From Octopus vulgaris (lineage: Eukaryota): DNA of 64,000 nt. Every line of letters starts with the position of its first letter. Positions within the stretch are counted from its first letter, which is position 1. The notes below the pieces were generated by a model, which made no database searches, was not told the DNA's origin, and saw only the letters and a program-made list of their open reading frames with translations. The stretch is taken from positions 32,612,001-32,676,000 of the forward strand of contig OX597826.1 in assembly GCA_951406725.2 (NCBI GenBank), read 5' to 3'. Positions 1 to 12,515 of this stretch are shown here, in pieces. Position numbers and translations under genes: made by a program.

Positions 1-749
1 TGCACATACAAACTTACACGTATACACACACATACACATACACAGACACACACACTAGCAGACATAAAAAAGAAATGCAAAAATATAAAAGTCAAGGTCA
101 GAAAGAAGAAAGAAATAATTATAGAGACAAAATGTAGATTTTTTTTCTTTTCTTTTTCTTTTTTCTTTTTTCTTTTTGCTTGTTTGTTCATTATAGAATG
201 GAATGGTAAATGAAGAATTAAGAGAACACTCCTTGTACTGGACTGTATTCTAAGCAATGTGTAAAGAGGTGTTTTGCAATTAAAACGTAAATACTTCTAT
301 TGAAAAGAGAAATATTCTCTTTTTAGAGGAAATGTAGAGTATGTGACATAATTGTTGGAAATAAAATAGTGTGTGGTAATTAAAAATGGACAGTAATTGC
401 AGAGGACTTGTGTGAGAAACAGAAATAATGGTAGGTTGGTTGGGAAAATATATTTTAAAAGAATTCAGAACATAATGTTACTGAAGAAAAACTGTTTAAC
501 ATTTTGTTTGGTGAGTTAAGGATTCTACCAGCTGAGTACCTTGAGGGGAATATTCAGGACCTTAAAAAAAAAGGCTGGGTTGGAAAAGTCTGAGGAAGAA
601 AATAAATTTCAGTTGGGTTAAGTAAGATATATGTCAAAAAGGAATTAGATAGGATGTTTGTTGCCACTTCAATATGGCTGTTCCACAGGAAATTTTAACC
701 CCAGGAGGCACCTCCTCCAGTTGTTATCGATGCAATCTGCACTTGATAA

Positions 750-1198
750 ATATTCTTTTCTACTCCAGGCACAAGGCCTGAAACTTTTAGGGGAGGGGGC
801 CAGTCAGTTAGATCGATCCCACTATGCAACTGGTACTTAATTTATCAACCCTGAAAGGACGAAAAGCAAAGTTGACCTCGGCAGAATTTGAACTCAGAAT
901 GTAAAGATAGACGAAATACTGCTAAGCATTTCGCCTGGTGTGCTTACGATTCTGCCAGCTCGCCACCTTAAAAATTATAGAACCTTTTCTACCATAGGTA
1001 CAAGGCTCAAAATTTTGGGGGAGGGGCCAGACAGTTAGATCAAACCCAGTACGCAACTGGTACTTAATTTTATCAACCCTGAAAGGATGAAAGACAAAGT
1101 CGACCTCGGCGGAATTTGAACTCAGAATGTAAAGACAGACGGAATATTTCTAAGCATTTTGCCTGGCATGCTAATGATTCTGCCACCTCACCGCCTTC
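750..1198 (-). mobile_element. Two tandem copies of tRNA-derived SINE family A
   Basis: Copies at ~750-970 and ~985-1198. Minus strand has an A-box-like GAGCTGGCAGAATCG, a B-box-like GAGTTCAAATTC and a shared core (..TTTCATCCTTTCAGGGTTGATAAA..AGTACCAG). Other copies at ~1998-2202, 3543-3850, 11045-11250, 15030-15240, 25558-25992, 34598-34775 (-) and 31575-31910, 32101-32620, 59590-59800 (+). Confidence 0.85.
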
Positions 1199-1548
1199 TG
1201 CATCTGATATATATTGCAAGCAAAGAGTGAACCCCTACCATCTTCTAGCAGGGAACAGCCATATTGAAGTGGTGATAAACATTTTTTCTCTGTATAGTTA
1301 CTACTTTCCTCTCTTACAGAGATTTTCCGATTAGAATTGAATATAGGGATTTAGATAAGCTTCATTTCAGACATTAAAATATGGAGTAAAGATTGTTTGC
1401 CAACATAACATGGCAGTCCTGGTTTAGGACGAATGCTGCTGTAATTTAGCCCAGGAGACAGTGTCTCTAGCTGGCTATACTACATGATCTGTCTCCTTAT
1501 AATTTTGAACAAGGGGATCTAGCATCCCCACTCAGCTAAAAACAATAT

Positions 1549-1591
1549 CTGTGTATTACAATTTCTGGGTTATTTCTCTTCATCAGCACAG
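1549..1591 (-). ncRNA. Minimal type I hammerhead ribozyme-like motif
   Basis: Minus strand CUGUG-CUGAUGA-AGAGAAAUAACCCA-GAAA-UUGUAAUA-CACAG: perfect 5-bp helix I, both core boxes intact, AUA triplet; helix II imperfect. Confidence 0.6.
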
Positions 1592-2469
1592 AATAATTGT
1601 TTGGCTAGAGGTGGCACCGCCAAATTCATGTTTGAAATATATAGTCATGTTATGTTGGTATAAATCTTTACTCCAAAGTACTGTTGCTGAATATCTCTCA
1701 CTGTGAGATTTACAAATAGTAATTTTCATTAAAATCTGGGTTCTGTATGGAAGATGGTGGTATGAGTATGCAATGCATTAGTACAAATATAACGGGTTGA
1801 AAGATAACCATGGAGCCAAAATGACCTTTAGCTGTATGAGAGGAGTGGGTGACAGGTGAATTCGAAATGGAAGATGATATGAATATTTGTTTTCTTTAAG
1901 TTCGAGCCCTAGGAATCATAAGGTGTCAGTTACCTGATTTTCATAGAGTATATGTGATTAAGCTCACTACATTCTCTTGAATGGTATGCTAGTCCATCAA
2001 GGCCAGCCAGTAATTTTGAGGGGAGGAGGGCAAGTTGATTACAGTGACCCCCTCACTTCATGACTGATACATTATTTTATTTGACTCTGAAAGGATGAAA
2101 AGCAAAGGTGACCTTGGAGAGATTTAAACTCAGAATGTAAAGAACCAGAAGAAATGCTGTTTAGCATTTTGTCCAACATGCTAATGATTCTGCCAGCTCA
2201 CTAAAAAAATGCTGGATTGAAAGATGTCCGAGGAACCAAATAAATTTTAGATGTACAAGAGGTCAGTTAAGTAAGATGTATGTGAGAAAGGAATTACATG
2301 AATTGATTTGGATAAGCTTTATTTCAGAAGTTAAAATCTTCAACTTGGCATTGGTTGGTAATGGTATCAATTGATGGCATTTATAGTAAAGCAATGAATT
2401 GGTTCAGTGATGGACTGGTGTCCCATTTAGGAATGGAATGTTGTGATCTTAAACACAGGAACTGGTCAC

Positions 2470-2768
2470 TGGCACTTTGTCGGTTATGATAACGAGGATT
2501 CAATGGAACAGCCTACACATAGAATTAACATGCAAAGTGACTGAGTAATCTACAGATACACATACCCTTAATGTAGTTCTGAAGGAGATTCAGCATGACA
2601 CAGAATGGCCCCTTTGAATTACAGGTACTACTCATTTTTGCCAGATGAGTGGGCTGGAGCAATGTGAAATAAAGTGTCTTGAGAAAGAACATGAACTGTT
2701 GCCAGGAATTGAACTTATGACCTTATGATCATGGGCTGAGCACCCTAACCACCAAGCCATATGCCTAC
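2470..2768 (-). mobile_element. tRNA-derived SINE family C
   Basis: Head GGCATATGGCTTGGTGGTTAGGGTG..GTTCAATTCCTGG and body TTTCACATTGCTCCAG. Related copies at ~12660-12970, 20370-20520, 26390-26525, 59910-60125, 60640-60772 (-) and 62037-62363 (+). Confidence 0.8.
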
Positions 2769-4205
2769 GAGTCCTTGAACTCGAGACTGTATTGTCCAAG
2801 GGAATTGAATTGATTGGTGAGGAGTTGTTTTGGTAATGAATTAGTGGTGATGTAACTAGGATGTAACTGGCAATGTAACTGGGATGTAACTGGGGATAAC
2901 GAGTGACACCAGATATGTTGCCTTAGGTAACTGAAGTATGGAGTCTGAAGTAAAATGAGTACAAAATTTCATAAAGTTTTAATCAAGAAAATAGAAGCTA
3001 AAATGAATCCTGATATCATTTTTTTGTTGTTGTTGTTGCATAGATACACAAAATTAATGCAGAAATTTAAAAATGATTTGAAACGTAAACAAGAATATAT
3101 TTGTCATTTTTTTCATCCTAATTTTACCTATTACTAAATGAAAGCGAATCATAAATTCAATTGTTCAAAAGATTAAATATTAAAAGGAAAATAAATTGAT
3201 TCTTTCCAGTGTTGCTGATAACCTGTATATTTATAATCAAAATAAAAATAAAAATTTACATTTTCTTGATGCAATTCAAAGACACAAAATACAGATTAAA
3301 AAGAAAAAAAAATCTGCATATGTGCATCACTGAAAGATGTCTATCTTCTGTGGATAACAATTAATACTGAATTCACTTCGATAACAAAGTAAGAGAAAAA
3401 ATCAGCAAAAATATTGGTTTTGAAATTTAATCAACACAGTATTTTGTAGTGTAAGACAGATATGGTATAAGACTTGCGTTGCAGGTTAAATTTTGTCACT
3501 CATGTCTGAATATAGCATATTAACCAGCAAAAGTATACACTGGTTTTAGATTTTGGTACAAAGCCAGCAATTTCAGGAAAGGGGTGAAGTTGCTAACATT
3601 GACCTCAGTATTCAACTGGTACTTATTCTATCGACCCTGAAAGGATAAAAGGCAAAGCTGACCTCAGCGAAATTTAGTTTCAGAACATAAAGATGCATGA
3701 AATGTCCTCAAATATTTCTGAGCAGTATGCTAACAATTCTGTCAACTAACAATATACTTTGGTAGAATTTGAACTCAGAATATAAAGACTGACAAAAGGT
3801 TGCTAAGGTTTTTCCCCAGCATGCTAACATTTTTGCCAGCTCACTGCCTTATTAACTAACAACAGTGTTTATTACCAGATTAGAACAACATAGAAACAGT
3901 CATATCAAATGCTATCTACTTTTGCTCAAACAAACATTTCTTGCTACCAAATGGTGCAGATGTGAATAAACATAGTTTTTTTCTTCTTTTTTTTTGTTGT
4001 TAAATCCATGATTTCATTAAAAAATTCAGTGAGAATTACGCATGCACTTTCTCCCTTTTATGAGACAAAGTTGCATTTCAACAGAATAAATATTTGTTCT
4101 AAAAAGGCAAAGCAATATAACTCTTGCCTAATTTATTTCGTGTTAACATTTTCAACCTGGAATGCCACACACGTCTTTTTAAACAAATCATCAACTATAG
4201 ATGTC

Positions 4206-4213
4206 TATCTGTG

Positions 4214-4288
<75 letters not shown>

Positions 4289-4380
4289 ATATAAATAAAC
4301 TATATATATATATAATTTGATTTTTTTTGTTGTTGCATAGATTTATATATACATATATATATATATATAGATAGATACAT

Positions 4381-4429
<49 letters not shown>

Positions 4430-4690
4430 AATAAACTATATATATATAATTTGATCTTTTGTTGTTCATAGATTTATATATAAATATATATATATATACA
4501 TACATACATACATATATACATACATACATAGATGTAGACATAAATATATACATATATAATATATATATATATACACACATATGCCTGTATATATATGTAT
4601 TTCTACACAAACACATACATACAAACACACACACATATACACATATATACATATGTATATAGACGCTTCTATATATATGTATATGCATAC
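4206..4690. repeat. Compound (CA)n/(TA)n/(TACA)n microsatellite containing a ~136-bp tandem duplication
   Basis: ATAAATAAACTATATATATA..ATTTGAT..TTGTTGTT..CATAGATTTAT occurs at ~4291 and ~4427. Confidence 0.9.
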
Positions 4691-4976
4691 ATTCACATGT
4701 CTACATTTATGTATGTTGTATATCTCAGAGATTGCAATCTTGTTAACAGTGAAATAATCTAGGGAAAAAAATGCCTGGAATATGTGCACTTTACATTATG
4801 ATAACCTATATTGTCTGAACAGCGTTAGTATTATGTTATAATAAATGGAATTAGATATGGCCTGAACTCCCTTTAATTATTTGTGAAATTAATTCATGGG
4901 TAAATACAACATTTAGCCTTCTCACTGACATTATAAATGTTTTACTAACATTCTTTAATTGTAATGTTACTTGTAC

Positions 4977-5043
4977 CTCAATGTTGGAATCAGAGTTCTT
5001 TGGGTCAAACAAGAATGAATCAATTCAGTTCTTTTTATATTTC
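4977..5043 (-). other. Candidate 67-nt internal exon of an unidentified host gene
   Basis: Acceptor TTTTTCTTCTTTCTGCAACAG| and donor GAG|GTACAA; only one frame is open ([21 protein letters not shown]). Confidence 0.35.
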
Positions 5044-5149
5044 CTGTTGCAGAAAGAAGAAAAAAAAGGAGAAGAATTATTACAAAACCCCGACAAAAAG
5101 CAGTGGAATATTGTTGTTGAAAGAATAAATATACCAGAGAGCAATATAA

Positions 5150-5221
<72 letters not shown>

Positions 5222-5223
5222 GC

Positions 5224-5254
<31 letters not shown>

Positions 5255-5306
5255 CGTATGTATATATATATGTATGTATGTATGTGTATGTATATATATG
5301 TGTGTG

Positions 5307-5347
<41 letters not shown>

Positions 5348-7141
5348 AAGGAAATTTAATGTGAAAGAAAATGTGTACCTAAATTAATTTTTGACAATGT
5401 GTGTGTAGGCACATAAGCACAGGTGAGTCTGTGTGGTTAGAAGATTAGTTCTGAAGCACAAGGTTTCAGGTTCAGTCCAAGGCCTACTCCATGGCAGCTT
5501 GAGCAAGTGACTTCTACAATTGCCTCAGGCTGAACAAAGCCTTGCGAAGGGAATTGGCCAATGGAAACTGTAAGAAGTTCATTGTATATTCGTGTGTGTG
5601 TGTGTGTGTGTGTGTGCATGCGTGTATGTCTTTGTGCTTGAGTTTGTCTCCCTCTCCCCACAGCTTGACAACTGGTTCTAGTGTGTTTTATGTCCTCGTA
5701 ACATAGTGGTTTGGCAAATAAAACTGATAGAGTAAGTACTAGGCCTAAAAAGAAAACAGGACTGATATGTTCTATATGGCAGTTCTCCAACATGGCCAAA
5801 ACAGATAAAAGAAAGATATGGTGTGTATGTTTGTGTGTCTGATGAATGCATGTGCATTACCTGTGTTGGTGTTACCTGTAATGGAAAATCTGCATTGTCT
5901 ATGGGGGTAGGTGCTTCTTTTAGATGAAGACAAAGGAAACACACATACACAAACACACATACATATATATTCACATACATGAACACACACATGCATATAT
6001 ACATATATATTCACATACATGCAGACACACATGCATATATCATCATCATCATCATCATCATCGTTTAGCGTCCGTTTTCCATGCTAGCATGGGTTGGAAT
6101 ACATATATATTCAAACATACGTACATGCATATATATTCACAAAACATGCACATACACACACATGCATATATACACATATATTCACATACACACATACATT
6201 TATGCATATATATTCACATACATGCACATAGATATACATCTGCATGTGTTTGCATATGTGTGGTTTTAGTGAATGGTTTTGACCTGAATGAAGTGACCAT
6301 GTCCATGGCCATTGCTGGCTCAATATGACAAGTAAGGCCAACTTAGTTCATATAAACACATAGATATAAGGAGAATAATGTTTTTAAGGCTGCAATTTAC
6401 TCACATGCAGCATTTTTAAGAGCGTGTTGTTAATTCAGTTCTTAACCAAATTGAAAACTGTTAATGCTTTTGAAGAGGGTTGGTCCCTAGCTACATCTTG
6501 GCATGAACAAATTGAGATTTGATCCAGAAGATAAAGTTTATGTCAAAATTATAGCAATGTTATTGGAGAGTAAGTGACACCACCAACGAAGTTTAAATCT
6601 AATTAACTTCTTTATTTCAAAAGCAAAATATATTTATCTTAGCTTCAATGATAGAAAAAAGCATGAATAATTTCATAGTTTTCGTCTCATGCAACAAAAG
6701 TTTGTATCAAAAAAGTTGTGAGGTAAAATATCATGAAAAAATATAAGGCAAAAAATTGGATTCAAGTATAATTAACTTTTTTTTATTTTAAAAACAAACT
6801 ATATTTTAATTAAGCTTAAATGATAGAGCTCGATTCGAGAAATTTCATGGTATCAATATCAAGCAATGAAGCTTTAAAAGAAAAAGTTGTGAGTGTTTGT
6901 TTCTCAAATTTGAGGGTGATAATATAGTTCTATACTTTTTAATGAATATAGTCCTATAAGGGGACTTTTAATATATGTCACCAGTGTCATTGAGCTAAGG
7001 AAAAAATTGTCAACGACACCACCAATTGACACATTTGTCACTTTATTAATTAGCATAATAGCATAGCCTGGAAAAAAAACATGGATTACATGGAAAAATG
7101 CAAGCAAGAGAAATAATATTCCATAATTTCTATGGTATAGA

Positions 7142-8251
7142 GTGTAAACCAGGAAAATTACAAGATAAGTTAATACACTTGGAAAAGTTCAGGACAAGTT
7201 ATTACATCTGGTAACGTATACAACAAGGAATTTTTATTTAAAATATTGCAGCTAAGGATAAAATTTGAATATTAAAAATTATTTAATTTTAATTTCTCTT
7301 TCCCCGTCTGTCTTGATAGACAATGGGTCGCGCCAAGGGTGGGGCCTACTTTGATGATGAGCAGCGTCTGCTGTGACTGAACAGTCCAACTCTAGAGTGG
7401 CAGTCCCTGGTACAGTTGCTGCACACGAACATCGATGGGTACGTGTGGGGTGTTGCTGCAGTTGTCCTCCTCCTGTCCCGCCTGTCCGACCACAGCTGTG
7501 CTCTCCTTTCCTCAGCCATGGAAACGCCTTTTCTCACTGTCCGACGCCAGGCAGAGCGGTCAGCAGCTGTTACCTCCCACATGTCCACACAGATGTTGGC
7601 AGTCCTCAGGTCGCGCTTGCACACATCCCTGTATCGTAGCTGTGGACGTCCCTTGGGTCGGGATCCCGTGGTGAGTTCGCTGTACAGGATGTCTTTAGGC
7701 ATGCGACCGTCCTGCATGCGGCAGACATGTCCGAGCCAGCGCAGTCGTCTCCGCACGAGGAGGGCATGCATGCTTGGCATATTAGTCTGTTCTAGGATGA
7801 CTCCGTTTGGTACTCGGTCCTTCCAACATTATAATTGAAATAGGTACCATCATTTTGTTAAAATATTGACTCACTAGAATACTTAAAAAATGAGAACCAG
7901 AAGTACCAATATAACTAAAGTTTTATGCAAAGTAAAATAGTGTATATGGTAGCTAAATTCATTATGAATAAAAACAGGCATTGGGTCAAGACTAAAAATG
8001 TAAAGACTTGGCAATTTTTCTAAAGTGCAGAAAATATTCTAATCGACTTATTTTTAATTTTTAATAGAAGTAACAAATAATAACAAATGGAAGTGATAAC
8101 TTGTAATAAAATTTTAGTTTTAATAAAAGCTAATATTTTCTAAATCTAGATATTTTATTTGAAATTTTATCCTTAGCTGCAAATATTTAAATATTTAAGC
8201 AAAAATTTCCTTGTTTTGTAATGACTTGTCCTGAACTTTTCCAGGTTTATA
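7142..8251. mobile_element. Non-autonomous DNA element with ~100-bp imperfect terminal inverted repeats
   Basis: Left TGGAAAAGTTCAGGACAAGTTATTAC..TGCAGCTAAGGATAAAATTT (~7180-7266) is mirrored by right AAATTTTATCCTTAGCTGCA..GTAATGACTTGTCCTGAACTTTTCCA (~8162-8243). Confidence 0.75.
7295..7828 (-). mobile_element. 5'-truncated RTE-clade LINE (ORF C-terminus with terminal Cys/His finger, short 3' UTR)
   Basis: ORF 7346-7780: RRLRWLGHVCRMQDGRMPKDILYSEL..GRPQLRYRDVCKRDL..CSNCTRDCHSRVGLFSHSRRC, typical of RTE C-termini. Possible 9-bp target duplication ATTTTAATT/ATTATAATT. Confidence 0.92.
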
Positions 8252-8296
8252 ACATTATTTCTCTTGCTCACATTTTTTTCATGTAATATGATTATG

Positions 8297-8298
8297 TA

Positions 8299-8383
<85 letters not shown>

Positions 8384-8407
8384 GTCTGTCTATCTATCTG
8401 TCTATCA

Positions 8408-8479
<72 letters not shown>

Positions 8480-8554
8480 GTCAGTCTGTCTGCCTGTGTG
8501 TCTATCTATGTGTGTATCAGTCTGTCTGTCCATTTGTCAGTCTATTTTTCTATC

Positions 8555-8597
<43 letters not shown>
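8297..8597. repeat. (TATC)n/(TGTC)n/(TA)n microsatellite
   Basis: Direct inspection. Confidence 0.95.
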
Positions 8598-8600
<3 letters not shown>

Positions 8601-9387
8601 GTTGAGAAGCAAACTTCTTACCACACAGCCATGCCTGCACCTGTACGCAAGAGAGAAGGTGAGACTGAAAAAGAAATGAAGTCACAGAGAAGCACTGGCT
8701 TAACCATGAACTGAAGCATAATTCTCTGATTTTGGCTGCCAACATCAAAACTGCACATAAAATAATAAAATAAATTGTGAGGAGGAGTCAGAGTAGAGCA
8801 GCTAAGTTAGTGCTAACGACTCTAATTAAAGTGGCTAGTAAATGAAAACCTAAACAGATGTATAGATGTACGATTTTATTGGAACTAGATAATTGTCTTA
8901 TTAAATGCCAATTTACATTTAATTAAATTTGCATTCAGTATATAATGAATCATTAGTGTATTTTCATTTTCATTGTCTACAAAAGAGAAAGAAATTGACA
9001 ATAAATACAAAAAGTATATAAACAAAAGTATGATATGCAATACATACATATATATAGATGTATGTATATGTATGTAAGTATAATGTGCATATATATATAT
9101 ACAGATGTAAATGTATATATGCATTCACACACACACATATAAAAGTAAATATATAGGGACACATACACAGACATGTAAATGTGTATTTATATATATATAT
9201 ATATATTTATGTATGTATGTATATATAGGTGCAGGTATGGCTGTGTGGTAAGGAACTTGCTTCTCAGCCGCATACTTCTGGGTTCCATTTCACTGTATAA
9301 CACCTTGGGCAAATGACTCCTGCTATAGATTTGTTCAGCCAAAGCCCTGTGGATGGATTTGATAGATGGAATTTCAAAGAGGCTTGT

Positions 9388-9427
<40 letters not shown>

Positions 9428-9686
9428 CATACATATATGCTTTTGGTGTGAATGGTTTTGCTATACAGCACCAGGTTTTACAATCCTGTAAACAAGAATA
9501 ATAATGGTATTTGTATAAGCCTAAAGCTTATAGTGATCACAGTGCAATGACTAACAAAAATAGTCTAATAATGGGGCATATAAGCCCTTGAAAGAAAAAA
9601 GGCTTTCCTATCCATGTGGGACTCAACCCCACATCTCTTTGTTAATGCGACTAAGTGAATTACTATTACACCACTGGATTAGCCTC

Positions 9687-9721
<35 letters not shown>

Positions 9722-10052
9722 GAGTATATATTGTATATATATATATATATACACATGTATGCAGCAGAAGTCTAAGGCTCTGGTCGAGTACGATGGGCTT
9801 CTTGTGTATAAATGTGATGTGTGTGTGTTTGTGTCTATGTATGTCTGCCCCCACCACTTGACAACCGGTATTGGTGTGTTTACATCCCCATAACTTAGTG
9901 GTTTGGCAAAAGTGACTGATAGAATAAATACCAGCCTTAAAAAGAAATTAAGTGTTGGGGTTGATTCATCGACTAAAATTTCTTCAAGGAGGTGCCCCAG
10001 CATGGCCACAGTCTTGTGACTAAAACAAGAAAAAGATGCAAAGTTGAAAAAA

Positions 10053-10095
<43 letters not shown>

Positions 10096-10646
10096 GTATG
10101 TGTGTGTACGTGAGTGTGTGCATGTGAGTGTGTGTGTATGTGAGTGTATAGTTATTGTTGTTGAAGATATATGTATGCAGCTGTGTTGTAGCCTTCACTG
10201 GAACAAAAACACTAAAAGACAAGTAGAGGAGTTTTGTTTTCTTTGTATTCTTGTGTTTGATCCATTTGGTCATTCAGGCCAGTCGATTTGTTATATTTAA
10301 AATATTATACTTTCAAAGAATATTATCAGAATAGTTAAAGCCTAGACCTCAAAGACAAGTCCCAGTTGTGTCATATTGGTGTAGAACAAATTAGATAAAC
10401 CATTATCATCTATTTAATGTTGTGGTTCTTTAGAACTTAAAAAACATAGAAATCATGAATTATTTTCTCAAAATTCTCATCATTTTGCTTTGAGATATTT
10501 GTGTCTAGTTTCTGTCTGTTTAGTCTAAATGTTTTCATTTACCACTGTTTGAATATTTTAAGCTTTTCTCACCAATGAAGTTGCATAAATGTTTACACAA
10601 GCTCAGTGATAGGAATACCACCAAAATGGCCACCAATGTTTTACTC

Positions 10647-10869
10647 ATTCAGCATTTAAACCATCCATGTTCAGCCTAAATATTCTGCCTAGTTTATGAT
10701 CAAACGGACTAGATCTGGCTTCTCACACCTACCCTACAATGTGATTTCAAATGTATACAATGACATCATTGAAATCTCGAAGCTCTAAGATAATGCATGG
10801 TTAATTCAAAACAATGTGAATAAATAAATATTTCCTTTTGACAGGATAATCTGAATACTAAAGGGTTAA
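10647..10869 (-). mobile_element. piggyBac-type MITE, reverse copy of the 20639-20858 element
   Basis: Ends CTAAAGGGTTAA; the body is the reverse complement of the 20639 copy; left end degraded. Confidence 0.75.
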
Positions 10870-11287
10870 GCCTCGTTGTTTTCCAGGTAAGGATTAATTT
10901 CTATGTAAATCCTCCTGGTGTTAGTTCAAGTGCCAAACAGGAAAGAGGTTGAATGAGAAATAAATTGTATTTCATTGACAAAACTGCTTTGTTGTATCCA
11001 TAGATATAACACGGTATTGTACAAAGTAATAATTGACACTTATTGTGGCACAAGGCCAGCAATTTTGAAGGGAGGGGGAAGTCAATTACATCAACACCAG
11101 TGCTCAACAGGTACTTGTTTTATTGGTCCTCAAAGGATGACAGGCAAGCTCGACCTTGGCAGCATTTGAACTCAGAATGTGAAGAGCTGAAAGAAATACC
11201 ATTGAGCATTTTGTCCAGTGTAGTAACGATTCTGCCAGTGCATAGCCTTGTTGTTATAATAATTAAGAAACATTAACAGACATTATA

Positions 11288-11700
11288 GGCACAGATGTGG
11301 GTGTGTGGTAAGAAGCTTGCTTCCCAACAATGTGGTTCTGGGTTCAGTTCTACTGCATAGCAACTTGGGCAAGTATCTTCTGCTATAGCTTCAGGCAGAC
11401 CAAAGCCTTGTGAGTAGATTTGGTAGACGGAAACTGAAAGAAGCTCATCACGCAAAGACACACTCAAACATGAGTGTGTGTGTGTGTGTGTGTGTGTGTG
11501 TCATTGTCTCTCCGTTTGATAACTGGTATTGGTGTGTTTATGTTCCTGTAACATAGTGGTTCAGCAAAAGAGACTAATAGAATAAGTACTAGGCTTAGAA
11601 AGAAAATAAGTCCTGGGGTCAATTCATTGAACTAAAATTTCTTCAAAGTGGTGCCCCAGCATGGTCACAATCTAGTGATTGAAACAAGTGAAAGATAAAA
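11288..11700 (+). mobile_element. tRNA-derived SINE family B, near full length (most abundant repeat here)
   Basis: Head GTGTGGTAAGAAGCTTGCTTCC..GGGTTCAGT, internal (TG)n, tail CCAGCATGG..GAAACAAG. About 20 copies, e.g. 5418-5815, 19490-19805, 33148-33490, 51210-51632 (+) and 18965-19328, 24985-25553, 34785-35208, 54900-55278 (-). Confidence 0.9.
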
Positions 11701-12129
11701 GTAACATTTTGCTAAACAAATTTACATGAAACTGTAAAGATGCATATGACCCCTTGTGGGTCTGTGGACCATTGGTATCCCAAATATTTTTCTAGAAGAC
11801 ATGATTTTCCATGATTATTTCAAAAGAAATGCCATACTTACAAGTGTATATGGCACTTGTTTTTATTTTTAAATGAATCAAAAACATTACCCTGCATCAA
11901 AAGCACCCATATTATACATTGGAGGCTGAGTGTGGCAGGGGAAGGAGCTGGATGAGCATAAGTTTGTTCCAGGCTACGATAAAATGTTGAAAACAACCCA
12001 AGATATTGCAGTCTGTTTGCACAGACTTATGAGAAAGTGCTTTCAGTACATTTTCGTAATTATGTGGGGAGGTCACGTCACTTGGTTGTACCATCTTCAG
12101 CGGCAGATATAATCCAAACCTGATATATG

Positions 12130-12484
12130 AGTTACACCATTCGAGCGTGATCGTTACCAGCGTTGACTTACTGACACTTGTGACAATGGCACATGAACAA
12201 AACATTTGAGTGAGGTCATTGCCAGTGCCGCTGGACTGGCTCCTGTGCAGGTGGCACGTGAAAAACACCATTTAAGCATGGCCATTGCCAGTGCCTCCTG
12301 ACAGGCCTTCATGCCGGTGGCATGTAAAAGCACCCACTACACTCTTGGAGTGGTTGGCATTAGGAAGGGCATCCAGCTGTAGAAACTCTGCCAGATCAGA
12401 TTGGAGCCTGGTACAGCCATCTGGTTTGCCAGTCATCAGTCAAATCGTCCAACCCATGCCAGCATGGAAAGTGGACATTAAACA

Positions 12485-12512
<28 letters not shown>
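12130..12512 (+). mobile_element. RTE-type 3' region with (GAT)n tail (family D)
   Basis: Ends CGTCCAACCCATGCCAGCATGGAAAGTGGACATTAAACAATGATGATG. Further copies at 54370-54746 (+), 24335-24487 and 47860-48040 (-). Confidence 0.8.

Positions 12513-12515
<3 letters not shown>

Noticed and set aside
750-1198. CRISPR-like or satellite array
   Set aside because: Two adjacent SINE copies with no repeat-spacer pattern, in a eukaryotic context.
2850-2900. 11-bp minisatellite (GATGTAACTGG x4), and a 10-bp x3 repeat at ~60581-60608
   Set aside because: Ordinary short slippage repeats.
4008-6341. [12 protein letters not shown]-rich ORFs here and throughout the window
   Set aside because: Dinucleotide repeat artefacts.
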